Position numbers and translations under genes: made by a program
Origin: a bacterium
Lineage (GTDB): Bacteria; Babelota; Babeliae; Babelales; JABCYS01
Direction: 5' to 3'
Length of the DNA stretch: 12,011 nt
NCBI GenBank assembly: GCA_027452085.1
Contig: DAIDHG010000004.1
Location: forward strand, 1 to 12,011
Notes under the pieces: model-generated
Seen by the model: only the letters and a program-made list of their open reading frames with translations
Database searches by the model: none
Told to the model about the DNA's origin: nothing
In this document: positions 1 through 7,216 of the stretch, one piece after another
Layout: each line of letters starts with the position of its first letter
Position numbering within the stretch: position 1 is the stretch's first letter

Positions 1-472
1 TGATTACAGAAAGTTCTACATCATCATTTTCGTCATCATGCAAGCGAGACAACTGGTCTCCCACCACTGAGGTGCGGGCTGCTTGAGGAATTTCATTTTT
101 GGCTAATAGTTGCGCAAATGTTTTAGAGTCAACAGATTCTACACCAACTAATTGAGCATGTTTTATCAATGCATTATCAGAGGATATCAAAACCATATCT
201 TTTTTAGGATCATCCAATACACGCTTAATATAATCGTCTGCTGTTTCTTTGTAGCCAACATGCACGATAGTCACGCCATCTGCACGTGTATGTGTGGCAA
301 TTGGTAATGAGCCGCCATCAAATACAATCCCTAATCTATGCCCGCGCTGCGCGGCATAATTGGCAAGCTGTGCGATCAGCGATTTTTTTTCACGCTCGCC
401 AGGCTGTTGCGACCAACGGCTAGCTTTGCTAACCGAATGTAGTAAGTTATAGCCATCGATAATGAGATACAT
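1..472 (-). CDS. NYN-domain (PIN-like fold) ribonuclease, YacP/Rae1 family; 3' end runs off the window
   Basis: Manual translation from ATG at 472: MYLIIDGYNLLHSVSKASRW...GIVFDGG...GYKETADDYIKR...MVLISSDNALIKHAQLVGVESVDSKTFAQLL..., open for 157 codons to the window edge. The IDGYN, VFDG, TADDYI and SSD motifs are typical of YacP-like NYN proteins. A GGGGTGA Shine-Dalgarno-like sequence lies just upstream. Confidence 0.9.
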   Translation of the reverse strand, partial: MYLIIDGYNLLHSVSKASRWSQQPGEREKKSLIAQLANYAAQRGHRLGIVFDGGSLPIATHTRADGVTIVHVGYKETADDYIKRVLDDPKKDMVLISSDNALIKHAQLVGVESVDSKTFAQLLAKNEIPQAARTSVVGDQLSRLHDDENDDVELSVI

Positions 473-501
473 CGTTCACCCCAGTTGGCACGATACACAA
501 A

Positions 502-1401
502 ATGACCCAATTAGCACACATGCGCACGCGCATAAAAGCCATTAATACCATAGCAAAGATTACCCATGCCATGCAATTAATAGCCATGGCGGATCATATT
601 CGTCTTCGTGAACGCAAAACAAATTTTGAACGATATCAGCAAGCCATCTCCGAACTATTCGTGCAATTGAGCCAGCAACGCGGGCATTGCAAAAAAAATA
701 GCAAGCAGGAACCGCAGCCACCAGAAAAAGTGTTGTATGTTATGGTGGGATCGCAAAAAGGCTTGTGTGGTTCATTTAATACAAATCTGCTCTATGAAGT
801 AACTAAACTTTTGAAATTGGAAACGCACGAACATGCCGATCTGATTATCATCGGTAAAAAGCTTAAAGATTATCTTAAGCCCTTCCGGCAAAACCTGCCG
901 TATCCGACAAAGATTGTGGCCGAGCATAACAATTTTGTTTGGGCAAACATGGCAACAATCGCGCAGGCAGTTTTAGCTCAGGCGGTCGACACTGAGCTTG
1001 GCTATACCAAGGTAGTGCTGTATGGCCACAAGCCAGAAGGTTTTTTCTCGCAACGCATTTTGGCAACACAATTATTGCCGCTCCTTGAGGCTGAGGTTAC
1101 CGATATGGAGGCATATACTGACCGTGAACATATGGGCGCTCCAGAAATCCTAGCGTGCCACAATGGCATAAGCGAAGATCCGGAAATTATTTTTACCAAG
1201 GTTAAACAACAGTATCTACTCTCTACGCTCGAATTTGTGCTTTTGCAATCGCTGCTGGCTGAACAAGCCTCACGGTTTGTTTCAATGGACTCGGCAACAC
1301 GTAATACGAAAAAATTGCGTGAGAACATGCAAACGCAGTTCAATAAGCTGCGGCAGACGAAAATTACAACCGAGCTGACTGAATTGGCAAGTAATGTGTA
1401 A
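502..1401 (+). CDS. atpG: F0F1 ATP synthase subunit gamma (divergent)
   Basis: N-terminal RIKAINTIAKITHAMQLIA, central KGLCGSFN, and C-terminal EQASRFVSMDSATRN...FNKLRQTKITTELTEL match gamma-subunit signatures; 299 aa. Confidence 0.95.
   Translation: MTQLAHMRTRIKAINTIAKITHAMQLIAMADHIRLRERKTNFERYQQAISELFVQLSQQRGHCKKNSKQEPQPPEKVLYVMVGSQKGLCGSFNTNLLYEVTKLLKLETHEHADLIIIGKKLKDYLKPFRQNLPYPTKIVAEHNNFVWANMATIAQAVLAQAVDTELGYTKVVLYGHKPEGFFSQRILATQLLPLLEAEVTDMEAYTDREHMGAPEILACHNGISEDPEIIFTKVKQQYLLSTLEFVLLQSLLAEQASRFVSMDSATRNTKKLRENMQTQFNKLRQTKITTELTELASNV
1140..1187. repeat. Small hairpin bracketed by an imperfect 9-nt direct repeat inside atpG (39-nt in-frame unit)
   Basis: TCCAGAAAT (1140-1148) and TCCGGAAAT (1179-1187) are 39 nt apart and both encode PEI. 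Between them is TGCCA-CAA-TGGCA (1156-1168). Confidence 0.4.
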
Positions 1402-1418
1402 GAACAGGTATGCACCGA

Positions 1419-3623
1419 TTAAGCTAACGGCCCTGCCGGCGCAACGACATGAATTCCTAATAATTTTAGATCGGTCTTAAAGACATCAAAGCGTGGCTCC
1501 AAACTTGGCAAAGGAATTCCCCGTTGAGCTGCTTCAGAAAATCCCAAAGCTAATCCCCGCAGCAACTGAGAACAATTAGTTTCTTTGCTTGCCAGTTCAA
1601 ACCGATTCTTCGCCATATTCTTATTTTGCTTTTCCCAATCAATAATCCCTAAGTAGAGCTGAGCCGAAACTTTGGCTTCAAAATCATAATTTTGCGTAGC
1701 AGCGTGCCTAAAATTTATAGCAGCATCATTTTCTTGCTTCTTCAGATTGATACAGCCGAGATGCAACTGCGCGTCCGCTTGCACTAAAGCACTCATTGCT
1801 GTGGTTACTTGGCTAAAATATTCTTTTGCCAGAGATGAATCTTGTTGAACAACAGCATTGCCATCTAAATACATATGCCCTAAAAATCTTTTCGCCTCTT
1901 CCTGCGCGGCAGGTGATACATTTTGTTCTACAATAGACTGGAAATAATCATGGGCTTCCTTATCTTTCTGCTCCACGTAACAGAGGCGCCCAAGAAAGCG
2001 GCGAGCCTCTATCTTGACGACCTCCGATGCGGCAGAGTTATTTAATGCCTTATTCAGATAATCGCGCGCAAGAGTATGGTCTGCTTGCATGCCGTAGCCA
2101 CCTTCGAAATAAATAACACCCAGATACAGTTGGGCCTGCGCTTGTATTGGATCTGACACTTCAGTTCGCTCAGTCGTCAAAAAAAAGTCCTTGGCGGTAG
2201 CATAATCCTTACTCATGTTATCTTGCTTGCTCCCAAGATAGTAAATGACCCCGAGATAAAAGTTTGCCGCAGCTTGTGCTATTGGAGCATCATTTTGATT
2301 TACAACCTTTTGGAAATATTCACGTGCGATAGCAAAATTCGTCACCAAATCCCCATTCTCAGAAGGCATATACCCCTCGAGGTAAATTCGGCCAATGTAC
2401 AACCGTAGTAAGGCGGTAGATTGATGATCCCAATTTGATGCACTGCATAAAGTCCTTACACAGGCGAAGGAATCCGAAGGCAGAACGAAAGGTTCATCAG
2501 CAAGGGCTTCGGCAAGCTTAAGTTCTTCTAATGCTTCCTTATATTTTTTTTGCTCAAAATATGTAAATCCATTTTCTAAATGACCGTCAGCTTGAGGCAC
2601 ACTTTCATCCAACTTAATGGATTGTGCTCGCCAAAGAACCTCAGATTCAGGAGTCACAACAACTGTGTCAAGCGTCTTGCCAACGTCACCTTGTTTTACC
2701 TCGGCCATCTCAATCTTAACAGCCATGCATTGAGTTTTTGATTGAGCAATTGCAGCCTCTTCAGCTGCCCATTTATCAAGATAGCTTTTAATTTTTTCAA
2801 TAATCGTGTCTTTTTTTTCATTGATAGTTTCATAGGCCAGCAACCGTTCTTTAAGACAACAATTACTGGTAAGCCGTGTGGTATAAACAACTCCTTCAGC
2901 ACGAAGAGCTTGCGCTATTGCCTGTGCAATCTTTTCTGGTGGTGTACCTTCGGCACATTGTGCTATCAATGCTCCTATTGTCTTAACAAATTCTACACCA
3001 TCGTCAGATTCAAAATCCCACACCGAAAGATCTAATTGGTTTCGAACTACATTCGCAATACGATAAGCTGGTATATTTTCTCTTTTTTGGCGCGCATCCC
3101 AACGCTTTGTACCGCGTATTAGACCCGCCTTGGCAAGGCCCCAGGCAATGGTGGCAATACCAACAACTCCTCCAACGACAGGCCCAACAACAGCCCAGGT
3201 TTGCGCAAGCTCATTGCTGGATAGTTGTTGGCTGCTAAACATGCCCGTTGAAGATGCACCGACATCAATAAACTCTGCGTCGCCCACTGAAGAACCGCCT
3301 ATCTGTGCATTCACATGAGCAAGCGGCAATAAGGCTAGGAGCGATAGAGATGTGTATATTTTATTCCGATCAAGCCAGTGGCTACCATTGCGCAACCCCG
3401 CAGATCCCTTTTTACACAATGATTCTACGACACAGCGCGACTCGTTAAAATATCTATACGCATTATAAGCGTGCACAGTGGCAGGCGAACTGGAAGCAAC
3501 GGCTCCTAACATCATCGGGCAAAAAAACAGGATGCCAGCACAGGCGAGATTTAACCTTGGCAATATAAACATACAAAACATTTTCTCTGAATAAGATGTA
3601 ACAAACTGACGCGAAACAGCCAT
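1419..3623 (-). CDS. Sel1-like/TPR repeat protein with N-terminal signal-like segments and a transmembrane helix; the start may be at 3581 or 3572
   Basis: About 8 repeats between aa 345 and 680, e.g. ANFYLGVIYYLG..KDYATAKDFF, AQLYLGVIYFEGGYGMQADHTLARDYLNKA, AKRFLGHMYLDG..QDSSLAKEYF. Hydrophobic segments at about aa 19-43, 89-106 and 143-164. Confidence 0.85.
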   Translation of the reverse strand: MAVSRQFVTSYSEKMFCMFILPRLNLACAGILFFCPMMLGAVASSSPATVHAYNAYRYFNESRCVVESLCKKGSAGLRNGSHWLDRNKIYTSLSLLALLPLAHVNAQIGGSSVGDAEFIDVGASSTGMFSSQQLSSNELAQTWAVVGPVVGGVVGIATIAWGLAKAGLIRGTKRWDARQKRENIPAYRIANVVRNQLDLSVWDFESDDGVEFVKTIGALIAQCAEGTPPEKIAQAIAQALRAEGVVYTTRLTSNCCLKERLLAYETINEKKDTIIEKIKSYLDKWAAEEAAIAQSKTQCMAVKIEMAEVKQGDVGKTLDTVVVTPESEVLWRAQSIKLDESVPQADGHLENGFTYFEQKKYKEALEELKLAEALADEPFVLPSDSFACVRTLCSASNWDHQSTALLRLYIGRIYLEGYMPSENGDLVTNFAIAREYFQKVVNQNDAPIAQAAANFYLGVIYYLGSKQDNMSKDYATAKDFFLTTERTEVSDPIQAQAQLYLGVIYFEGGYGMQADHTLARDYLNKALNNSAASEVVKIEARRFLGRLCYVEQKDKEAHDYFQSIVEQNVSPAAQEEAKRFLGHMYLDGNAVVQQDSSLAKEYFSQVTTAMSALVQADAQLHLGCINLKKQENDAAINFRHAATQNYDFEAKVSAQLYLGIIDWEKQNKNMAKNRFELASKETNCSQLLRGLALGFSEAAQRGIPLPSLEPRFDVFKTDLKLLGIHVVAPAGPLA

Positions 3624-3671
3624 GCCTCATAAAAAAGAGCTGCTGCAAAACTTTTCTAAATAGTTGATGAT

Positions 3672-5081
3672 TTAATGCTTTAATGCAATTTTTGCACCCA
3701 ATGCCGCAAGTTTCTGCTCAAAGGCTTGATACCCTCTTTTGAAATGGTGCACACCGGTCATAATCGTTTTTCCTTCTGCCGCAAGGCCAGCAAGAACCAA
3801 TGCGCATGAAGCACGAATATCAGTTGCAATCACATGGGCACCATACAGCTTCTCAACGCCAATTATTTTAGCGCGATTGCCATCAATGGTTATATTTGCG
3901 CCCATTTTTTGCAGCTCACGCACATGCAAAAATCTATTTTCATAGACTGTCTCATGTACAGTGCTGGTTCCTTCGGCCAAACATTGTGCCGCCATCATCA
4001 TTGGTTGCAGGTCTGTTGGGAATCCAGGATACGGCATGGTGGTAAACGAAACGGCTCGCGGCGTTTTAGTCGCTTTAAAGAAGATGCCACTAGGTTGTGC
4101 GCTCGCGTCCTTCGATACATTTTGCTGAGGCAAAACACGCGCAGCGAGCGGATCAGTTTGCTGTGGAATTGGTTGAGCTGGCAGACCTGTTACAACTCTG
4201 TGGCCCATCTCCTGAAGCTTTAATAAAAATACATCCAGCACGGCCGGATTAGCCTGCGGAAGATGCACTTGGCCACCTGTAATGGCTGCCGCTAACAGTA
4301 AGGAGCCAACCTCAAGGCGGTCATACATAATGGTATGTTCGATAGGCTTTAAATTCATGGTGCCGGTGATCACAATATTCATCGGCGGTTCAATGGTGAT
4401 TTGCGCACCCATTTTTTTGAGCACTTCAATCAGATCCAGCACCTCAGGCTCAAGGGCGGCATTAATAATTCGTGTGGTGCCCGGCGTTGCCGCTGCGGCC
4501 ATAAGAAGATTTTCCGTTGCGCCGACGCTCGGGTAATCCAAGGTGAGTGTTTTTGCTTCCAAGTTGGTAGCATTTGCATACAGCATCTCGCCATCCACTT
4601 GCACATGAGCGCCCATGCGCACCAGATTTTTTAAATGGATGTCGATGGGACGAGTGCCAATCTGGTCGCCACCAGGCATCGCAATTTCAGCACGGCCAAG
4701 GCGCGCAAGCAATGGCCCAAGCACCAAGACCGACGCGCGCATTTTCTTCATAATCTCTGCGCTAATGCGATATTTATTTACCGTCGAGGTATTTACCAGT
4801 AATAGATTTTTGTCTGGATAAAAGGAAATTTGTGCGCCAAGCTCTTCCAAAAGCTTCATCATTTGGTGCACGTCTTCCGAATCAGGGACATTGGAAAGCT
4901 CTGAGGTGCCATCGGCAAGCAGCAATGAAGTCATAATTACAAGAACGGCATTTTTTGCGCCCACAATCTGGGCTGAGCCAGATAATGCTGGTGATTGTTC
5001 AATCGCCAAATATGATTCAGATGGCAGCACTTCGTCTTGAAATTGATTCGTGCGTTGTGGTTGCTGAAGTTGATCGAGCAT
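3672..5081 (-). CDS. murA: UDP-N-acetylglucosamine 1-carboxyvinyltransferase (Asp-type active-site loop, N-terminal extension, internal insertion)
   Basis: Motifs GAKNA, MRAS.LVLGPLL, PGGDQIGTRPIDIH, SVGATEN, AALEPEV, PYPGFPTDLQ, ETVYENRF, ATDIRA, RGY; AAGGA ribosome-binding site upstream. Confidence 0.98.
   Translation of the reverse strand: MLDQLQQPQRTNQFQDEVLPSESYLAIEQSPALSGSAQIVGAKNAVLVIMTSLLLADGTSELSNVPDSEDVHQMMKLLEELGAQISFYPDKNLLLVNTSTVNKYRISAEIMKKMRASVLVLGPLLARLGRAEIAMPGGDQIGTRPIDIHLKNLVRMGAHVQVDGEMLYANATNLEAKTLTLDYPSVGATENLLMAAAATPGTTRIINAALEPEVLDLIEVLKKMGAQITIEPPMNIVITGTMNLKPIEHTIMYDRLEVGSLLLAAAITGGQVHLPQANPAVLDVFLLKLQEMGHRVVTGLPAQPIPQQTDPLAARVLPQQNVSKDASAQPSGIFFKATKTPRAVSFTTMPYPGFPTDLQPMMMAAQCLAEGTSTVHETVYENRFLHVRELQKMGANITIDGNRAKIIGVEKLYGAHVIATDIRASCALVLAGLAAEGKTIMTGVHHFKRGYQAFEQKLAALGAKIALKH
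4093..4178. repeat. Nested inverted-repeat (palindromic) element inserted in frame in murA, with imperfect flanking direct repeat
   Basis: Outer stem CGCTCGC (4100-4106)/GCGAGCG (4144-4150). Inner hairpin TTTTGC-TGAG-GCAAAA (4120-4135). Flanks GGTTGTGC (4093-4100) and GGTTGAGC (4171-4178) are 78 nt apart. The unit coincides with a peptide segment absent from canonical MurA. Confidence 0.65.
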
Positions 5082-5120
5082 GGTGTTTTCCTTTTCAGAT
5101 AATCTTTTTTTGATGCGCGT

Positions 5121-5149
5121 ATTGTACGGGCCCTTATTGCAAAAAACAA
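5121..5149 (-). promoter_or_regulatory. Putative sigma70-type promoter for murA
   Basis: Minus strand TTGTTT (5149-5144), 17-nt spacer, TACAAT (5126-5121). Consensus match by eye only. Confidence 0.45.
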
Positions 5150-5203
5150 GCTGATTCGTATGCTAATGCTCCATATCTGCAAATTATATATCCGCACAAG
5201 GAG
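5137..5203 (+). promoter_or_regulatory. Putative sigma70-type promoter and RBS for tdk-radA
   Basis: TTGCAA (5137-5142), 16-nt spacer, TATGCT (5159-5164). AAGGAG at 5198-5203 lies 6 nt before ATG 5210. Confidence 0.5.
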
Positions 5204-5209
5204 CATCCT

Positions 5210-5836
5210 ATGTCAATTCGCACTTCTGAATCAAAGGGTCGTCTTGAAGTTGTTTGTGGTTCAATGTTTTCAGGAAAATCTGAGGAGTTGATTCGTCGTG
5301 TAAAACGTGCGCAATTGGCAAAGCGCGAAGTAATCATGTTCAAGCATAGTCTTGATGACCGCATTGCAAGCTCATACGTTGCCTCGCACGATGGAAATAA
5401 ATTTGAGGCAATTCCTATCGAACATCCGTCGACCATTTTGGCCGTCGTCGATGCTGACATTCAAGTAGTTGGCATTGATGAAACACAATTTTTCTCGCCA
5501 GAAATTATTTCAGTTGTGTCTGAACTCATCGATCAAGGCAAACGTGTCATTGTTGCCGGCCTTGATACCGATTTCCGCGGCTTGCCCTTCGGACCAATGC
5601 CCACCTTGCTTGCATTAGCCGATGAAGTGCACAAGCTCAAAGCAATCTGTATGGAGTGCGGAAACGAAGCGCAATTTACCCAACGTATTGTGAATGGAAA
5701 GCCTGCTAGTTTTTATGATCCGCTGATTTTGGTCGGGGCACAGGAAAGTTATCAAGCGCGTTGCCGTCAATGCCATGCGATTGACAAGGGTGATATTGTG
5801 TTGGATGGCGCGTCGTATACTCAGATGCAAGCGTAG
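5210..5836 (+). CDS. tdk: Thymidine kinase (type II, TK1-like)
   Basis: P-loop [32 protein letters not shown], zinc ligands CMEC and RCRQCH. Confidence 0.98.
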   Translation: MSIRTSESKGRLEVVCGSMFSGKSEELIRRVKRAQLAKREVIMFKHSLDDRIASSYVASHDGNKFEAIPIEHPSTILAVVDADIQVVGIDETQFFSPEIISVVSELIDQGKRVIVAGLDTDFRGLPFGPMPTLLALADEVHKLKAICMECGNEAQFTQRIVNGKPASFYDPLILVGAQESYQARCRQCHAIDKGDIVLDGASYTQMQA

Positions 5837-5842
5837 GTTTGC

Positions 5843-7207
5843 GTGAAGCAAAAAATTAAGTATCAATGCCGGGCCTGCACCTACCAGCCGCCAAAGTGGC
5901 TCGGTTGTTGCCCAGAGTGCAACCAATGGGAGACCATTGAAGAGTTAGCGCAAACGCCGGCAGTTGGAAAATTTGGTGGTGGGCGAGCCCAAGCGGGCGG
6001 CTATCAGCTCATGCAACTTGATGCCATTCCAACACATTCGCATCAGCGTTTTTCGGCAGGCGTCAGCGAGTGGGATCGAGTGCTTGGCGGCGGCATTATG
6101 CCTGGCTCATTATTATTGCTGGCGGGCGATCCGGGCATTGGTAAATCAACCTTGTTGCTTCAAATTGCTCATACCTTATCTACCTCTGCCAAAGTTTTAT
6201 ATTTTTCCTCTGAAGAATCGCTTGAACAAGTAAAACTACGCGCGAGCAGAGTTGCCCATAAAACGAGCAGTGTGCTGTTTACCGATCAGGCACACGTCGA
6301 ATCTATTATTGCCACCATACAGGCACAAAAGCCAGACATTGTAATCATCGATTCCATTCAAAATTGTTACTCCACCAATTCCTCTGCCGCAACGGGAAGC
6401 ATTGCACAACTGCGCGAGCGGGTCTTTGCGTTTATGCGTATTGCCAAAGATGAACGTGTTGCCATCGTAATGTCGGGCCACATCACCAAAGATGGCGATA
6501 TTGCTGGGCCAAAACTGCTTGAACATATGGTGGATGGTGTTTTTTATTTGCATGGTGAGGATCGCTGGCAAACGAGAATTTTGCGCGCAGTAAAAAATCG
6601 GTTTGGTGCCATCAACGAGCTCGGCTTTTTTGAAATGGCCGAACAAGGGCTTGTTGAAGTGCCAAATATCAACCAAGAGTTATTGGATGCCATCACCTCG
6701 GCGGCTGGCTCTGTGCTTACGAGTTCATTAGAAGGCTCACGGCCATTACTTCTAGAACTGCAGGCGCTTACTGTGCCAGCAAAGTTTGGTATGCCACAGC
6801 GAGTAATTACCGGACTTGATCATAAACGGGTGGTGTTGATCGCGGCTATTTTAGAAAAGTATTTGCATGTAAAGCTCAGCGAGCATGATATTTTCTTCAA
6901 GGTGAGTGGCTCATTTAAATTAAAAGAGTCGGCCGTTGATCTAGGCATTGCGTTGGCTTTGCTCTCCAGTTATTTCCAGCAACCGATCACCGAGCGGTCG
7001 ATCGCATTAGGTGAGTTGAGTTTGACCGGCCAAATAAAGCCAATAAATCAGATTGGCATGCATTTAAGTGAAGCAAATAATTTTCGCATCAATAAAATTT
7101 ACGTCTCCCAGCAACAAAAAATTGAGCAGGCGGCAGCGACCATCGTTCGCCTTAATAGCGTCTATGACCTGCTTGCGCTTTTCAGCACACCAACCGAAAG
7201 GGTATAA
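5843..7207 (+). CDS. radA: DNA repair protein RadA/Sms
   Basis: GTG start 6 nt after the tdk stop. C4 zinc finger (CRAC...KWLGCCPEC), Walker A GDPGIGKST, IIDSIQ, GHITKDG.IAGPK.LEHMVD, KNRFG signature, and a Lon-like C-terminal domain. Confidence 0.98.
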   Translation: MKQKIKYQCRACTYQPPKWLGCCPECNQWETIEELAQTPAVGKFGGGRAQAGGYQLMQLDAIPTHSHQRFSAGVSEWDRVLGGGIMPGSLLLLAGDPGIGKSTLLLQIAHTLSTSAKVLYFSSEESLEQVKLRASRVAHKTSSVLFTDQAHVESIIATIQAQKPDIVIIDSIQNCYSTNSSAATGSIAQLRERVFAFMRIAKDERVAIVMSGHITKDGDIAGPKLLEHMVDGVFYLHGEDRWQTRILRAVKNRFGAINELGFFEMAEQGLVEVPNINQELLDAITSAAGSVLTSSLEGSRPLLLELQALTVPAKFGMPQRVITGLDHKRVVLIAAILEKYLHVKLSEHDIFFKVSGSFKLKESAVDLGIALALLSSYFQQPITERSIALGELSLTGQIKPINQIGMHLSEANNFRINKIYVSQQQKIEQAAATIVRLNSVYDLLALFSTPTERV

Positions 7208-7216
7208 AACTGGTTT

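Noticed and set aside
1..472. NYN/PIN-like gene as a VapC-type toxin or defence system
   Set aside because: The motifs fit the YacP/Rae1 family, and there is no room for an upstream antitoxin. Downstream context is outside the window.
875..1415. Minus-strand ORFs 875-1069 and 1002-1415
   Set aside because: Antisense shadows of atpG with no recognisable motifs.
1402..1418. Terminator between convergent atpG and Sel1 genes
   Set aside because: The 17-nt gap has no convincing hairpin with a U-tract.
2461..2520. Repeated CGAAGG words (peptide PFVLPSDS) as a third palindromic-element remnant
   Set aside because: No extended stem and no alignment to the murA insert beyond a few bases.
2223..4821. 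Short alternative-frame or antisense ORFs within the Sel1 gene and murA
   Set aside because: They overlap well-supported genes and show no protein-family features.
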